A stretch of 63,197 nt of DNA, taken from positions 1 through 63,197 of the forward strand of contig LCPL01000005.1 of the NCBI GenBank assembly GCA_001003605.1. The letters run 5' to 3'. Position numbers and translations under genes: made by a program. Under the pieces are notes generated by a model that was not told the DNA's origin, did not search any database, and saw nothing but the letters and a program-made list of their open reading frames with translations. Every line of letters starts with the position of its first letter. The stretch's first letter is position 1. Positions 63,053 to 63,197 of the stretch are shown piece by piece. This DNA comes from Parcubacteria group bacterium GW2011_GWC2_48_17. GTDB taxonomy: Bacteria > Patescibacteriota > Minisyncoccia > Phycocordibacterales > UBA10002.

Positions 63053-63197
63053 TTGGAGTGCCGCATTCCATCGCTGTATATACCCCTCGTCAGTATTGTC
63101 AGACTTTCTATGTTAGATTTTTAAAGTCGCATATTCTTCCCCGTGGTTCATGGCATCCTGCTTGCCCGCCTCCGGAGGACTTCCTCCCTAGACGGTA

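Overview
The window looks like a chromosomal segment of a small-genome, Candidate Phyla Radiation (Parcubacteria-like) bacterium. That placement is inference from compact genes, few biosynthetic genes, a complete type IV pilus locus, start codons without obvious Shine-Dalgarno sequences, and an intron-bearing tRNA. I can support about 65 protein genes. Housekeeping: gatCA, ligA, glmS, tdh-kbl, recG, ftsH, smpB, infC-rpmI-rplT, ndk and a cold-shock protein. Pilus locus: an approximately 13 kb block with pilMNO, pilB, a CheY-like receiver, pilT, pilC, pilA, pilD and four pseudopilins. Accessory: four toxin-antitoxin-like pairs, a Fic protein, a large secreted beta-helix/lipase protein, and a possible sulfation module. 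RNA genes: tmRNA and tRNAs Thr, Asp, Met, fMet, Ser, Arg and Ile. The unusual material is noncoding. (1) A tRNA locus holds a complete tRNA-Ile(UAU) exactly at position 37/38 of a second, split tRNA with the same anticodon, next to a tRNA fragment broken by a 31-nt hairpin. (2) The initiator-like tRNA carries a 203-nt group I intron that resembles the Azoarcus intron. (3) Almost every intercistronic spacer is filled by a hairpin cassette built from degenerate tandem words, with the 3' arm ending a few nt before the start codon. (4) pilB, glmS and rpmI share a conserved leader of about 100 nt containing a three-way junction. (5) Related word and hairpin sequences also lie in frame inside coding sequences (pilD, tdh, kbl, pseudopilin leaders), and some copies are flanked by direct repeats, which suggests mobility. 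ligA appears frameshifted. All coordinates and folds were derived by eye and need computational confirmation.
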